Shown piece after piece: positions 22,922 to 50,458 of a DNA stretch of 64,000 nucleotides. Source of the DNA: Takakia lepidozioides (Eukaryota; Plantae; Bryophyta); NCBI GenBank assembly GCA_030704615.1, contig CM060731.1, positions 50,344,001 through 50,408,000 on the forward strand. The letters run 5' to 3'. Position 1 is the first letter of the stretch, and the number at the start of each line of letters is the position of its first letter. A program made the position numbers and the translations under genes. Under the pieces are notes generated by a model, which had not been told where the DNA came from, searched no databases, and saw only the letters and a list, made by a program, of their open reading frames with translations.

Positions 22922-25900
22922 CAGGTGTCGGGTGATAACTTGCTTCATGATTCGCGGCCTGATGAATGATTGGAGCACCAGTCATATTCGTAACCGCGAC
23001 TGAGCTTGTGAAGGCCGTTACTATATAACGTACAAGACAAATCAATCAAATATGTGAGCAAAACATGGCACAATGACACAATACCATGAAATGAAATGAA
23101 AGACAATGGGGAGACATTGATGATAAACAATCAGGTTTTATTTCAGAACCATGTCAATTTGAGTAGGTCTCGCCCCATACGGCATGGACCAATACAAGTA
23201 ACGTAAACCATGTCAATGAGAGTATCAACTTCTAGAAGGAGGGCTGAACTCCGTTAGCACAAGACGATGTCGGCCGACGTACTTATGATGAAAATATTTT
23301 GAGGAAAGTCATTTCCCAAAATCACGATATTTTGACAAGGTTGGATGGACCATTTTCAAATCTGTATTCTTCCGTTGTTCCGAAGGTTTTCGTCAGCAGA
23401 AGATGGAAGAAGTCCCTGAAATGCTGTCTCGAGAATCGTTGATATGGTAATGACCTCACAAAAAATATCCTCCAATATTACGCCAACCAACAATGTCTTG
23501 TGCGACCGAAGTTCAGTTGTACTTCTCGAAGAATTGGTGGTCTTGCAGACTTTCAGTGAATCGCGAAGATGATGAATTACTCGTGTGCTCTTCAAAACAT
23601 AATGTCCAAGTAACTGACCCTGGAGTAAGATGCTGAATGTATCCAATTGGGGAGTAAGTATGCTCGTATGCTTCTAGAGAGTGGCTTGGTGGCGAGTACG
23701 TTGATGGAGAGAGTGACGTTTTCTGTGAAATCTTCAAAGAAATAGTGTCGGGTGACCAGTCGAGGTTCATCTGTGACGGGCTGTGGTAATTCTGATGATT
23801 TACTGTAAAGCACTCGTAAACTGATCACCAACTAAATAATCTCCAACTGACTAACCACCAACTAACTGATTGGAACTGTCACAAGCAATGTAAAAAATCC
23901 TATTTACTGCTAGGTGTTTGATGCTATTGTTGTTCCTATAGCTGAATTGTATAGTAGTCGTTTTGCTATTCCCATGCGAACAATATCACGTCCTCAGAGA
24001 CTGTCATATTCAGACTCCCGTATAAGCCACGGCCCACCATCATTGACCAATATAAAACCTTCAGCTACATTTCAGCTGAGAACTAGATGTTCGATTCATT
24101 GAATGCGACTCCAGAGAAACACCCTAGCCCACAAGTAGTTGGCCATCAGCTTGAGATATTTCTCCGGGCTGTGATTGAATGAACTGGAGATTTCATTCTT
24201 AGTTGATGATTTCATGTAGGTGATGCTTGATTCCGATTTCGGAATATGGCAGTCTCAGTGGACCTGATGTTGTTGGAATGGGAATAGCAAAAATACTCTT
24301 ATAGAAATCTTGAGTGCGTGTTCTGAAACACATCAATGAATCATCCAGGATGATGGTGTGAAATATTCCAGGACGAATTATCCGAATACCTTGAGTTCTA
24401 TCGCTGTAACTGACCTGAAATAACTCAATATGCCTGCAGAATCATCACATCTTCAAATGACAGCATTTTCGTTGTTGAATGCGTGAGCATAGAAAAAACA
24501 TCACTCCGACCAATCACATGTGGCACTATTGAGGTAATATAACACTTTGGCAGTCGGCTGGAGAACCAGGACGATGTTGAATTCCGCTTTTCGAACCACG
24601 AGTGATCGCGCGACAGATCTCTGCCTCTAGCACCATTGAGAACCCTAAAGAGCCGAGTGCATCCAGATTTCAATCAACCACAATGGTGCCATCAGTTCGT
24701 CAGGGAAGGAATTTCGAAGCCGCCAAAATTACTTCAATCCATTTGAAGAGAGATTTTAACAGAGCTTCACAATCCGCTCAGGAACAAATGAGACGACTAT
24801 CGTGGGAGCTTGAATTACGAGATAGGAACCCGAATTCAGTCATAGACGATGATCGTGTCACTTGTTCCCCATCGTAATATGAAAACATCGGAAAATTTCT
24901 TTTCCTCCAACCTCTTCCAGCCTCTAGCCTGATCTGGTATTGCTTTAACTGACAATGAAGTCAACTTGTTTTGATAACATCTGATGGCACTGCTGATCCA
25001 TGCTAGCTCCACAAGAGGATATATGAAGAAACCACGCGCGATCGCGCGTGATTTCTCTCAAACTTCGATGACTAACATTACAGCCGAAAGGATCTGGCAT
25101 AACATTGACAGAGTTAAGTAACGTATGTGTGTAATGAATAGGCCGGCAATAGTTTAATTCATCAATAACACAAAATAGCTTCCCAAACGGCTCACACTCA
25201 ACGCATATGTTCGAGATTGCCGTCGGTTACCACTGATGGCGGAATTCTGTTCACCCGAGGAGATGGATACAGTGGGAGATTGATGTAAGATATGACCAAA
25301 TACCTCACTGGTAGCTGTAGGTGATGACCTTGACAACCGTAAAGCCTCGCGGTCCCTCTGCTCAGCCTTACGTTGCCGTTCCTCTTTCTTCTCCTGTCGA
25401 ATTTGATTCTGAACTTGACACTGGAATATAACTGTGTGGAGGCAGCACAGAAGGGAATTGTTAAAGAAAATACAAGATCATTGAAATATCATTGATCTCA
25501 CAAAAGTCATGTGAAGTCAACATACGTATAAGTACAAATGGAGGTTGAAGTAAAGTGATGGACTACACACAACATAGGGCAATGATAAACTACTAGGTAT
25601 GAGTGAAGAGAGGAGGCTGGTCCCTCTTGTGTGCAAATCAGTGCACTTGTGAAGCATGTGCTGAGTTGGAGTTTCAATCTGAAACTCAGCAGTGTAAGGG
25701 CTCTTGGAGTGGCAAGAGCGGGGCTGGAAGGGCAACAACGAGGCGCCCTAGAGCCAGGGGATATGCATGAGAAGTGCAGGTGTCACCAAGTTTGTAAATG
25801 TGGTATTTTCAGATTCGTTTTTGTGAGCTTCATGAAGAAAGGGGCTTCACTAGAAGAGAAACCGGCTTTTCCCCGGCTCTGCCATCTCACACCTGGCACA

Positions 25901-26159
25901 TTCCACGGCTTTTATCACGGGTCTGTAGACTGAGCCAAGGTGTGGGTCTAAATATGCCCTAACTGTGGGGTGTCTCACATGTGGTCCACACCCCAGGGCA
26001 AGAACGGTGTGAAAACAGCCTGACCGTGGCAGGGGTTGGCTTAGTTTACATGGCATTTTTACACACCTGTGTGAAATGGGACGATACATTATTTCCACTG
26101 ATTGTGGTGTATGGTTTAGTTAGTACTACTTCCGCTGGTTGAGGGGTGCCTGGTTTTTT

Positions 26160-26683
26160 TATCAACTGTGCCCTACAGCTGTGCCTTCAGTTGACCATCT
26201 ACCCATGCAGGTTCTTATGGCCTATTGATCCACAGGGAATCATAAGGAAATTTGTGCGTGAAATCTGGCCCTCTTGAAGATCTGTACCCACTCTCTATCC
26301 TCTTCTTCAGCTATCCATGCTTCTGCACACAAATCATGCATTTCATCCTTGCCTGCTGCTAGCACTGACATAACACCAGACACCCACCTCAGCTTATGAC
26401 GCCTAGTTCCTATGTTTGAATTGCGTCGACGTTACTCTCTGTAATCTAACAGACATTCACCTTTTTGGCTCGATTGTCTCACCGTTACTGGGATCACAAA
26501 AGTTTCCATTCCATCTCACGCCTCCTCATCTCACACTGTAACATACTTTCCTGTGTCACATTCGCAGTATCATGTCAAACTCGCTGCAACTGATTCCCTC
26601 AACCGGCTAACTTGCAGAATTCAACATGGAAAGTTAGGGCCTATTCTTTGATTGGAAGAGAACCCAGAGGTATGGAATGGAAG
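26160..26683 (-). pseudogene. Degenerate PDF module copy
   Basis: Minus strand ...RGPDFTHKFPYDSLWIN..PAWVDGQLK; same AAG|GTGAAT donor at ~26460 and the same intron sequences as the other copies. Confidence 0.75.
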
Positions 26684-26684
26684 C

Positions 26685-27687
26685 AACAGCAGGGTGTGTC
26701 TCTGATGCATCAACAGACAGCGGTCAGACCAATTCTATGACCCAAACCCAGAGTGAGCACAATGGCTTTGTAAGGCCAATGCCTACAGAGCATATTCAAT
26801 ACTACAATGAGGATACGCAAGTAGCAGATACCATGTGGCAAAGGTGGTGAAGGTGCGCACCTGCCAAAGAGAGGGCGGAGTTGAGGAAGGATGAAGCAAC
26901 TACAGACATTGGAAATGCTCTGATGCGGGCGGAAGGAAGACCCAGGCCCTGTCGGGGTTCAGTTGGCAGAAGAACAAGCTGCTTACAGCAAACAACATGG
27001 AAGCAGAGTGGATACAAGTTGATTTTGACAAACCTGAGTCCATCGGACAAGGCATCAGAATGCCCAAACAAAGAACACTGTGCAAATTTGTAATAACATG
27101 AGACACAGTCGTCACCCACTAACCCAACATGGGTCTTGGCAAACTTTCAGCGAAGCTGAAACAACACAGAAGCAAAAAAGGGGCAGGACCTCAAGGGAAG
27201 ATGTATGGATACCTTTTGCATTGATCAATGAGTACGTGAGGAGGAGAGCTTAAACCCACTGCCAAGCACGGAGTATGATGCACCAACAGCACAATTATCA
27301 TGTCAGTTCACTCATAATGACTGGAGGCATTGGATAGTTGGACGAGATTATACCATATACGTTATCACACGCCAAGACTACAACAACACCCCACATCAAC
27401 ATGTTGATACGGGAAGTGCAAAGAAGGCCAAAATAGGGGATGGGATGCCTATTCTGCAGAATCCAGCCGAGACACCTCAGGATGTGTTAAGGGCAAAACA
27501 TGATTTGGTTAAGAAGAATGCATGGCATGGCACAACATCTACAGCTCCGGCAGAGGTTTGAGTGCCAACCAAAGATATGCATGGGAGAGGTGACAAAAGC
27601 GAGGAAGAATCCAAAACACAAAGCCTTGACGCATTCAATAAAGACTTTGGGCAGACAAACAGATAAGAGAAGACAACTCGCAAGAAC
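26685..27687 (+). mobile_element. CpG-depleted retroelement-like insertion separating two PDF units
   Basis: Interrupts the PDF linker sequence, which resumes at 27688; degenerate CxxC...H knuckle-like codons near 27080. Confidence 0.3.
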
Positions 27688-28292
27688 CGATAAAAGGAAA
27701 AACAGGGTGAAATGGTTGAAGGAGGTGCCTTCAGTAGAATTCCCTGACCTTATCATTGTGCCGCTGCTCTAACGCCGCTTCCAGTTGAACATCTACCCAT
27801 GTGGGTTTCTTGTAGCTATCCTTCCTATGGAATCATAGGTAAGTGGAGCTTAAACCAGCCCTCTTGGATGATCTGGACCACACTCTATCCCTGCTCCTTC
27901 AAGCTATCCATGCTTCTGACAGCCTAGAATTCTACCAGCAAACACCCCCAACCATACTGGTGTGGAGTTCTTCCCCAAAAACAACCCCAACCCTACTTAT
28001 CACAATTTGAAATGCATCTGATTCTCTCTGTAGTCCAACAGACATTCACCTTTTTGTCTCCATTGTCCCCCCATTGACCGGGGTCGGAAGTGTTCACCCA
28101 AAGCTTCTCCTCTCTCACCTCTATATGTTTTTGGAATACTTCCCTGCTGCCACACTGGCAGTAACTTGCCAAAGTCACTCCAAACCACCCAGATCTACCC
28201 AACGACCTAACTTACAGAATTCAATATGCATCTTGCGGCCGAGTCGATGAGAGGGCAACACAGGTTGAAATAGGTTGAAGAAGAAGATGCCC
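27688..28292 (-). pseudogene. Degenerate PDF module copy with flanking linkers
   Basis: REEKLWVNTSDPGQWGDNGDKK|GTGAAT donor at ~28049; second exon ..SYKKPTWVDVQLE at ~27780-27870. Confidence 0.75.
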
Positions 28293-28749
28293 TACCACAT
28301 TGTCCTTGACCTGTCCTGACCCATGGAGGATTTGACCGACCATCAACCTAAAAAGACCTCTTGTGTGTGCTGCTTGTGTCTGTAGTCAGGTAATGTCGGA
28401 TTGGTCTGTGAGATCGAACGACTACGACGTAGCTTAGTAGTCAGAGATTGAAACATGCCTGCTAAGACCAAGCTGACTCTCCCAAGAATGGCGAGCTCGC
28501 TTCTCCTGCTCGTCTCCTCCTCCTCTCTCCTTCGGGCATCATTTGCTCAACGCCTCCATCCCACACCCCTGCATATCCTGCTATCATCGCGTTCCATCCC
28601 TCGGCTATGTGGTGTGGCGCAGGAGACAAAAAAACGCCAAGTCCCAGTCCTCCTTTCTGTTCACGATTACCCTAATGAGCAACCTTATTAACAACTTTTT
28701 AACTTTCTAAAACATAATGGGCAACCTTATTTGCATTATATGTGCCTTC

Positions 28750-29067
28750 AAAATGACACGTGTAGTGATGTAGTCGTATAAATAGAGCTGTGAAACCATC
28801 TTCAGTCATGGAGTCATAAGATTCCATGAAACGTTGTCCACGTGTAGTCAAACATATCACACTAGTCATATAACCATCCCTGTCATCATGGTCAACAATG
28901 TTTGACCAATGCTCCCTAACTTTCCGAAGTCATGTAGTGATATCCATTACTACAAAGTCATAAAACTATGACTGCAATGCATTTCAGCGCTCTGTAGTCA
29001 TCTACCTAGTGCAATTTTTATGACTCCGCCAAAGCCGTAGTCCTAAAAACGCTCATCTCCTGTAGTG
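28750..29067. mobile_element. CACTA right terminus with TAGTCA/ATGACT subterminal repeats
   Basis: Ends CTCATCTCCTGTAGTG (reverse complement CACTACAGGAGATGAG) and truncates a Copia fragment. Confidence 0.6.
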
Positions 29068-29460
29068 CAACCTCCAAGTCTTGTTCTCCTCCAGGGACTT
29101 CAACTCCTCTCTTATAGATGCTTCCCACTCTTTGGCTTGGTCTCCCATTCTTGCTTCCTTAACATTGGAGTTAGTGCACTCCGATATATGTGGACCCATC
29201 AAGAGCAGCTCTTTGGGAGGCTGGGATGGCAAACACACAATTTGGGTCCTGAGAAGAGAAAGATGGTGACCAGCCGGGATGTAGTGGTATTGGAGAAAAC
29301 TACAGAAGTACCAGAGACTGATGAACAGATTCCGGAAACAAGCTTTAAGGAGGAGCTGCCATTAGAGATTTGGAATCATTTGGAAGCACAGAGCCTGGGG
29401 AAGTGGAACAACGGACAACTGAAGTGGAGCCCTTACCATCCATTCAACCTATAGTGGCAG
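29068..29460. mobile_element. Scrambled Copia remnant
   Basis: Minus strand AKEWEASIREELKSLEENKTWRL (RT start) joined to plus strand LELVHSDICGPIKSSSLGG (integrase start) and PEKRKMVTSRDVVVLE. Confidence 0.8.
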
Positions 29461-29834
29461 AGTTGCAGCCAAGGCGAGGTGAGCGAATCAGAAAACCCAC
29501 AAAGATCTTTGGAAGCTTTGTCACGGTATAAAAAGAAGCCTGCAGTACATAGCGACACAGTAGAGATACCGAGAGAAGACCGAGATGGAAGACCAAATAA
29601 TAGGAAAATAACATCCAACCAGAGGCACATCTGTAAACACCTTCCCCCAAACATGCGGAATGCCTTACGGGACAAAGACAAAAGGTCTGAGTGGACCGAG
29701 CTTACAAGTTTAGCAGAAGATGGTTTCCCCTCAAAGCCAGGAGCCCAACTTGACGTCCAAAAGTGCCATGATGCATGAAATCTAAGAACTTGTCACACAG
29801 AGCTGCACACGCCAAATGCCAAAACAGAACAGAA

Positions 29835-30319
29835 GTGATGATCATCGACGATCATCATGACCTCTACCAAAATGCCAAACTAGAGCAATTTTTTTTGTTT
29901 TTTGTTTTGGAACAATAAGGAAAAAACCCGATCATCATTTCTGATGATCGGTGCCGATCATCACTTACAGTGCTTCAAGATTTTGTAGAGTATTTTTCAT
30001 TTCAGCTAGAAATGTGGTTCACATTGTTTTGTTTTCGTGTTTTAGTCCTACATCTTTCCCCCATTGCAAAGTTAGTTGTCCAACAAAACATGATCTTAGG
30101 GCTAAAAAGAATTGATGATCGGCACCGATAATCACTCAAACTGCTGTGTGCTTTTGCAGAGAAATCTTCATTTTCGCCCAGAAATGTGAATTGCAAAATG
30201 TGATGATCGGCGGCGATCATCACACTTAGACCTTCTTCAGGGTGGTACTTGTGAGGTAGTAGAATTCCCATCAGCAGTCACTCTCTGTAGGGAATGTGAT
30301 GATCGCCGCCGATCATCAC
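29835..30319. repeat. Five dispersed ~22-24 bp palindromes, consensus GTGATGATCG-N4-CGATCATCAC
   Basis: Copies at 29835, 29942, 30113, 30200 and 30296, plus a half copy at ~29928. Confidence 0.85.
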
Positions 30320-31299
30320 ATTCTTATGTTTTGTGAATTGACATATTGGGAATTGCATTGGGTTTGCGAGTTCGCAGGTACACAAAATATGTGCTCATGG
30401 AGGGAAAACACTTGAGCGGTTCCTGATTGCTCGACATGTAGCAGGGCGTTTGATCTTGCAACTGCGAAGAAGAGGATGATGGGTCGGAGCCGATGGGGTT
30501 GTATGTTGGCTTGATAATTGCTGACTCTCTGTCTTTCAATCTCTTCATTTTCTGCGTCCATTTCTGTCTCTAGCACCGCGTGAAGAAGAGTGAACACAGA
30601 GTGGATAGTGTCCCTGGATCGAATTGTAGCCAGATTTGAAGTCGGCGGTGGTTATGGTTGGGCAGATGAATCCCTGACATGTGGTCGGATCCTCGCTTGG
30701 GATCACAAACCGATTCCGTATTCGACAGCCCCCTGCCCAATTTTTTGCTTCCTGTGTATGCAGAAGAAATGACACTTCGCATGTCCGAGGCTCCATCACC
30801 TCATCCCATAATGTCTGCACACGGGAATAGACATCCCAGATCCGGAATTATGAAATTTTTGGACTTGGATGCAGAGGATGCGGGGATATGTTATGATGAG
30901 TCCGAGTCAAATTGACCTTCAAAGTTTCTATGTACTCTTTCTCTCTTTCTCATCCTCATAAAAGTATTTTGACTTGTTGCGACTGTTCATTTGTCCCAAG
31001 TACGAACGGAAAAACTAATTACAAAACAAAGACAAGAAATCCAACAAAGTTCGAAATTGCTTTAGGGGAAAAAACTACATCAATCCATCACATTGTTCGC
31101 ACTCATTCCCCTTACATTCATCCATTCTATATTCATCCATCCTGCATTCATGAATCTTTCACATTGTTCGCACTCATTCATGTTATATTCCTCCATGCTA
31201 CATTCATCCATCCTGCATTCATCCATCCTACATTCATCCAATCCGGTCGGCTGGATGTTAAAGATGTAATTGGCAATGACTGGAAATGGTAAATCATTC

Positions 31300-31520
31300 C
31301 GTGGAAATAGGCACCTACCTCCTGTCCGCGGTTATAGGTCCGTGCCTTTGGAAATGACGTGGCGTCAACCATGCTGGTGAGGATTGCTGACGTGCCGTGA
31401 CACCCCTGAACCAACGTGGCGACAACTGCTGACGTGGCGTGAGCCTGACTGCGCTCACCCAACACGCACGCTCACTCGGCCAGGCTCACGCGGAGATCGG
31501 GCTCCCGTAAGAACAATTTT
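31300..31520. mobile_element. DNA transposon right terminus (GTGAGCC/GGCTCAC repeats); its last bases appear displaced to 32781-32786 by an L1 insertion
   Basis: tgctgacgtggcgtgagcctg...cgggctcccgtaagaacaatt resembles the reverse complement of 59250-59340. Confidence 0.55.
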
Positions 31521-32780
31521 TGCTGGTTTTTAGCTGCTCCTCTCAAGCTGTTGCAGTTTGACCCAGACGAGTGGGTATGGATGAACAAGTCTCACGATCA
31601 TTTTTTTAAATACTCGGTTAAGCTTGGTTATAAGCTCCAGGTTCAGAAAAGAAACTTCGATCGGAAATGGACTAAAAAATGGCAGCATCTCCTTGGTCGT
31701 CCAGTGTCTTGGAATTTGGTATGGGCTGACTCCTGGAAAAAACATAGATCAGTGAAGGTGACTGATTTCTTATGGAAAATAGTAAACAGAATCCTGCCGG
31801 TGGCTACAACCTTCTCGGACACTCCCAAGCAGTGTGTGACATGCAACCTCAATATGGATAAAGACTTGGAACACTGTCTGGTTCTTTGTCCTTTCGCCCG
31901 TGCAGTGTGGAACAAGGCCCTCCACTTATACTCTTTCTGGTCTTCTAATCTGGACTCCTCTCCTTCTGTCTTGTTGCTCAATGTCAAGAATGGAGTGATT
32001 CACTGTTAATGCCCTGTGTGGGACATTACGTGGGATAATTCTCTGGCAAATATGGAAAATGAGATGCGCGGTACTGTATCAGAAGGTGAGGCCTTGTGTG
32101 CAGAGAGTGTTGTTTCTAGCTCACTCAGACCTTAGGTCTAAAGCTCGCAAAACATGGTGTGTGCTTGTTTCAGCTTTTTCCAGGTATAGCAGCAATCGGA
32201 GAGACAAGTTGCTTGCCTCCTTCGACAAGTCTTGGGGGAAGGACCTTGTTTTCCGCAGGAGAATCTCAGATACAAGGATTGTGTGGGAAGACTCCATCCC
32301 TGCCTGTTGGCAGCTCAACCACCACTAAACAAACATGCCGAAGATGTCGAAGTAAATTGGAGACACAAGCGTACTGGTGCTAGGAAAGCAAAATACAAAG
32401 CCCAGCTTAGCTTTGAAGCTCCTAAGAAGAAGAGGGGTGTTCGTAGTTGTTGCTCAAATATGCTTTCCTGCTCTAGCTGTGGTGGATTGTTCTCTAGCAC
32501 CCTTGTCTTTAGGTGATATGAGAATTAGCCTGGTTACTCCAAGCTAAGTGTATAAGCTGGTTACGAGAATTAGCTTGGTTCTCCACAGCTAAGTGTATAA
32601 GCTTAGTTTGTTACTTACTTGCCTATCCTGGCTACTTTCCTCTGCTCTTTTGGACTATAGGCTCGGAGTGGTACCTCAATAATCTGCCTTATGGCTAATT
32701 ATAAGGTTATTTTTTTCCTTCCCTTTTAAATAAATTCGCCAGGGCTACCATCCCTTTTATTTAAATAAAATAAAATAAAA
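31521..32780 (+). mobile_element. 5'-truncated L1-clade LINE (zf-RVT region, 3' UTR, A-rich tail)
   Basis: FLWKIVNRILPV..CVTC..DLEHCLVLCPFARAVW..ILWQIWKMR; (TAAAA)n tail at 32762-32780. Confidence 0.85.
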
Positions 32781-34096
32781 TTCTCCAAGTGCACTGCATT
32801 AATTGCTTTGGCTTTGTGAGAAAGGGGTTGGAGGTTTAATTTCCCCTTCCTGGGGGGCCCGAATTGTCAGCAGCAGTCGCTCCCAGGTTTCCTTTATATG
32901 AAATAAAAAAAAACAAACCCCCCAAAAGAAATGCACACTCGGACAACACGCCGTTTTGGGATGTCAAATCTTCCCACCACTTCTCTAGAGTGACACAGAT
33001 TGGGGATACACACAATGAGCTGACAGGCTCTGGGGTGACATTATCGAGAGTGACACGCACTTGGGTGACATGATTGAGAGTGGGTGACACAGAAGAGAAT
33101 GTCACTCCGATCTTGACTAAGTGTAAAATACACTAAGAAGCAAAATCACACCTGGGTGACCTTCCCAGCAGGCTACTCGTCCCTGCATAAAATCTGAAAT
33201 ATTTAATAGTGAGCCCCAGGTAAGAGGGGGTGGGGAGGATTTGACAGGGGGACCTCAAAGACTCTACTAAGTTGTTACAGTGTTGTCATGGACTTGTAGT
33301 CAGATTGTCGAGCAAAGCAATTCCTCGAGCAAAGCAGCTGTGGTACTTATCGGCAGCTGTTTGATTGCAGACCTGTCTTCCTCAATGGGTTGATGGGTTT
33401 TTCCTTCTATACTGGGCCTTACGTACCACAAGCCAGCTTCCCGCCACTGCTTTTGCATGAAGTTTTCCTCTCTCACTGCATGACCGATGATAAGCGTCTT
33501 CCTTGCACTGAACTTCACCTACTGCCTGCATCTTTTGATACGTTCTTTGCGGGACGAGGTCGGCAGCCTCGGCAGCCTCTCGAAGTTGCTTGGCTAAGGA
33601 GGCGCCATCTGGGCCACCATATGTGCAAAAACATGGTGAACTCTTGCGGTGCTGTCGTCTGCTTCCAGTTGGACCTCTGAAATCTCCACGTTCTCTGCAC
33701 GCATGAAAGAAGATGCGGAGCGAGACTCAGTCGAATGCACTGATGTGGGTTAGTGCGGCTTCTCTCTCTCTTCCCTAGCCCTTGGCTAGAACGTTAAAAC
33801 GTTTCTTCTTTGTTTCTCTCGCAGACGGTGGGGTTCACCTTAAAATCTCCAGTTCCACAAACACTTTCAGAGATAATCGCATCGACTATTTTCCGTCGCG
33901 TTTACCACATCCCTCACGACCCCCAGATGTGTTTAGCTGGAACTTGTCGGGCTTCAGAGGCGTAATACTTCTTTTGGTGGTGGAAATGCCATTTGTTGAT
34001 CTCTTTGGCTCCATAGGTTCTCCCGAGACCACAATGGACGAATAAATCTTCCTCTTCTTTCTATTTTTCTCTCTCAAACTTTTTTTTCAGCCTCAT

Positions 34097-34770
34097 TCAG
34101 CTTTCGGTGCTCAAAGAGTGCATGTCAGCCTGCTCTAGAACAGATGGTGGGGTCAGTTGAATCGCGTGCCCAATACCAGACACCCTAAGATGATCGTTTC
34201 TTGGAAGCAAGACCGTCATGTTTAAGAGTAAGTCCTGGCAGAAAAGGGTAGAGGAGATTTTCAAGTACCTGAGTACTAGACAGGAAGAACTGATCCTGCT
34301 AGCTGAAACTGACTTGGAGGCTGAAGTGTCTAAGGCCATGTCGGAAGCACGAAGAATGTACTCATAAGACGTTGTTTGCCGTAGCCTTGTGGCCATTGAC
34401 CCAGCGCCCAGTTTGAGCGGAAACCAAAGGGACAGAACCTACCTCTGTCAGGGGCTGACATTGGTAGTAAGACTTACCTTTATACATAGAATTGATTCCG
34501 GTTTTCCAGATATCCTCTAGAAATCCCTTCACACAAGCATCAATCTGCTGTGTGTGATTTGCCCAAAAACTAGGCCTCAGAAGGGCCTGGGCTTTTGGCT
34601 CAGCCTTGAGACTTTCAAAGTTGGTAAACAGAGGTACAGGCACAATTCTCTTGAAGCACGAAGAATATCTGAACAAAACAGCGTCAGGCATAAAACTTCC
34701 CTGAACTTGTTTCCAGTTTATAACATGGTGAGGACCTTAAGGATGATCTGAAGGGCCTACCTAACCTTGA
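34097..34770. mobile_element. LINE fragment (+) containing a nested antisense copy of the same family (34358-34652)
   Basis: 14-bp TSD GAAGCACGAAGAAT at 34344-34357 and 34653-34666; both parts are homologous to 8310-9250. Confidence 0.88.
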
Positions 34771-35058
34771 CACTGATTGAAATTATAAATCAGGGTGGGG
34801 TTCGTCCTTTGAACAATATGCTCTTGTTCCAGCCTATGGTCACAAGGCCACATCGAACAAATGATCATGTTTCCCGTTTTAACCAGTATTTGTTGGGAGG
34901 GAAAATACGAGTGTGTGAATGTGGATGCCCTGTAATCCCTTACAGGGCGTCAGCCTCTCTTTCTCCCATCCGCAGACGCAAGTTTAATAGCTTCGATTTT
35001 CCGAGTTCAGTATCTTTGGCTGAGCTCTGGCAGTTTCACTGTCAGATTGTCGTGAATG

Positions 35059-50458
<15,400 letters not shown>

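Noticed and set aside
25848-25863. CACTAGAAGAGAAACC as the left TIR pairing with 29067
   Set aside because: It does not match the 29052-29067 TIR, the flanking triplets differ (CTT vs CAA) and there are no subterminal repeats.
28455-28691. Transit-peptide-like ORF (MASSLLLLVSSSS...)
   Set aside because: No downstream exons or domain are recognisable and it is truncated by TE sequence.
29835-30319. Palindromic repeats as a CRISPR array
   Set aside because: Spacers are irregular and long, the context is eukaryotic, and there are no cas-like ORFs.
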